A stretch of DNA of 64,000 bases, taken from Octopus bimaculoides. Taxonomy: Eukaryota. Positions 63,665 through 64,000 of the stretch are shown in pieces (the stretch's first letter is position 1; every line of letters begins with the position of its first letter). The stretch spans positions 113,732,048 to 113,796,047 of the forward strand of contig NC_068986.1 of assembly GCF_001194135.2 (NCBI RefSeq). Reading direction: 5' to 3'. The notes beneath the pieces are model-generated. The model was not told where the DNA came from. It saw only the letters and a program-made list of their open reading frames with translations, and did no database searches. The translations under genes were made by a program, and so were the position numbers.

Positions 63665-64000
63665 TAAAAGATAATAAGAGTGAAAAAACTACAGAAGGCT
63701 TGTGTTACATGGTTAAAGTATATATTTAAATAATGTCAGAAAAATGTAAGAAAAATGTAAGAAAAATGTTATAAAATCTTTTTGGTATATAAACATTGTA
63801 TTTTTAGAAATAACCGGTTTCGTGTTGTCTTTTCAAATTTCTCTACTTCATTGTGTCGTGTTCGTTCCAGTCTGAGAAAGAAGAGTTCTAGATAGGGGGA
63901 GGTAATTAGGGATTTCTTCCGGTATAGGGGAGATAATCGAAATCTAGGAGGTGGTAGAATTTGATTAATTTACCATGGTTTTGTTCTATATTCCCCCCCC
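63665..64000 (-). mobile_element. Penelope-like element 3' terminal region; runs off the window's right edge
   Basis: Minimal HHR with palindromic ACCGGT stem III, followed by an AT-rich tail ending in (AT)n; no RT or GIY-YIG visible in the window. Confidence 0.6.
63806..63842 (-). ncRNA. Minimal type I hammerhead with U3-A8 compensatory core
   Basis: AGAAAT-TTGAAAA-G(ACAACA)C-GAAA-CCGG-T-T-ATTTCT. Confidence 0.7.

Noticed and set aside
63850-64000. I/Nimb-like ORF2 C-terminus reading (RTLLSQ..)
   Set aside because: Stop-riddled and weak; the adjacent HHR and tail fit a Penelope-like terminus better
1-64000. CRISPR arrays, tRNA/rRNA genes, prokaryotic operons
   Set aside because: No regularly spaced repeat-spacer array; the tRNA-like segments are SINE heads without complete cloverleafs; no long intact ORFs

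Overview
AT-rich, repeat-dense, non-coding eukaryotic DNA with 11 assembly gaps (about 3.3 kb of N), most flanked by (AT)n or (CT)n. The SINE families and microsatellite load point to an octopus/coleoid cephalopod (inference from remembered repeat motifs; no search was run). No host protein-coding gene, tRNA/rRNA gene or CRISPR array is recognisable. The longer ORFs in the track are microsatellite or gap artefacts, transposon remnants, or unrecognised. Supported content: decayed non-LTR retrotransposons (several R4/Dong-like families, CR1/L2-like, RTE-like, one Tx1/L1-like), three Tc1/mariner fragments, about 20 tRNA-derived SINEs of four types, a local ~860-bp duplication, and three long inverted-repeat structures. 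The most notable signal is invisible to the ORF track: a set of type I hammerhead-ribozyme (HHR) motifs from several unrelated sequence families. The best are 14186-14284 (+, 59-nt stem II, GUC site, U4C), 60262-60325 (-, canonical core, GUA site), 63806-63842 (-, compensatory U3-A8 core) and 59657-59692 (+); decayed relatives lie at 60881, 63004, 16285 and 23361. Two HHR families sit in head-to-head foldback structures (60233-60991 and 62865-63464). HHRs in Penelope-like elements and retrozymes are established biology. Whether these long-stem-II and foldback forms are undescribed, and whether any copy cleaves, needs searches and assays. All alignments and folds were done by eye, and remnant boundaries are approximate.
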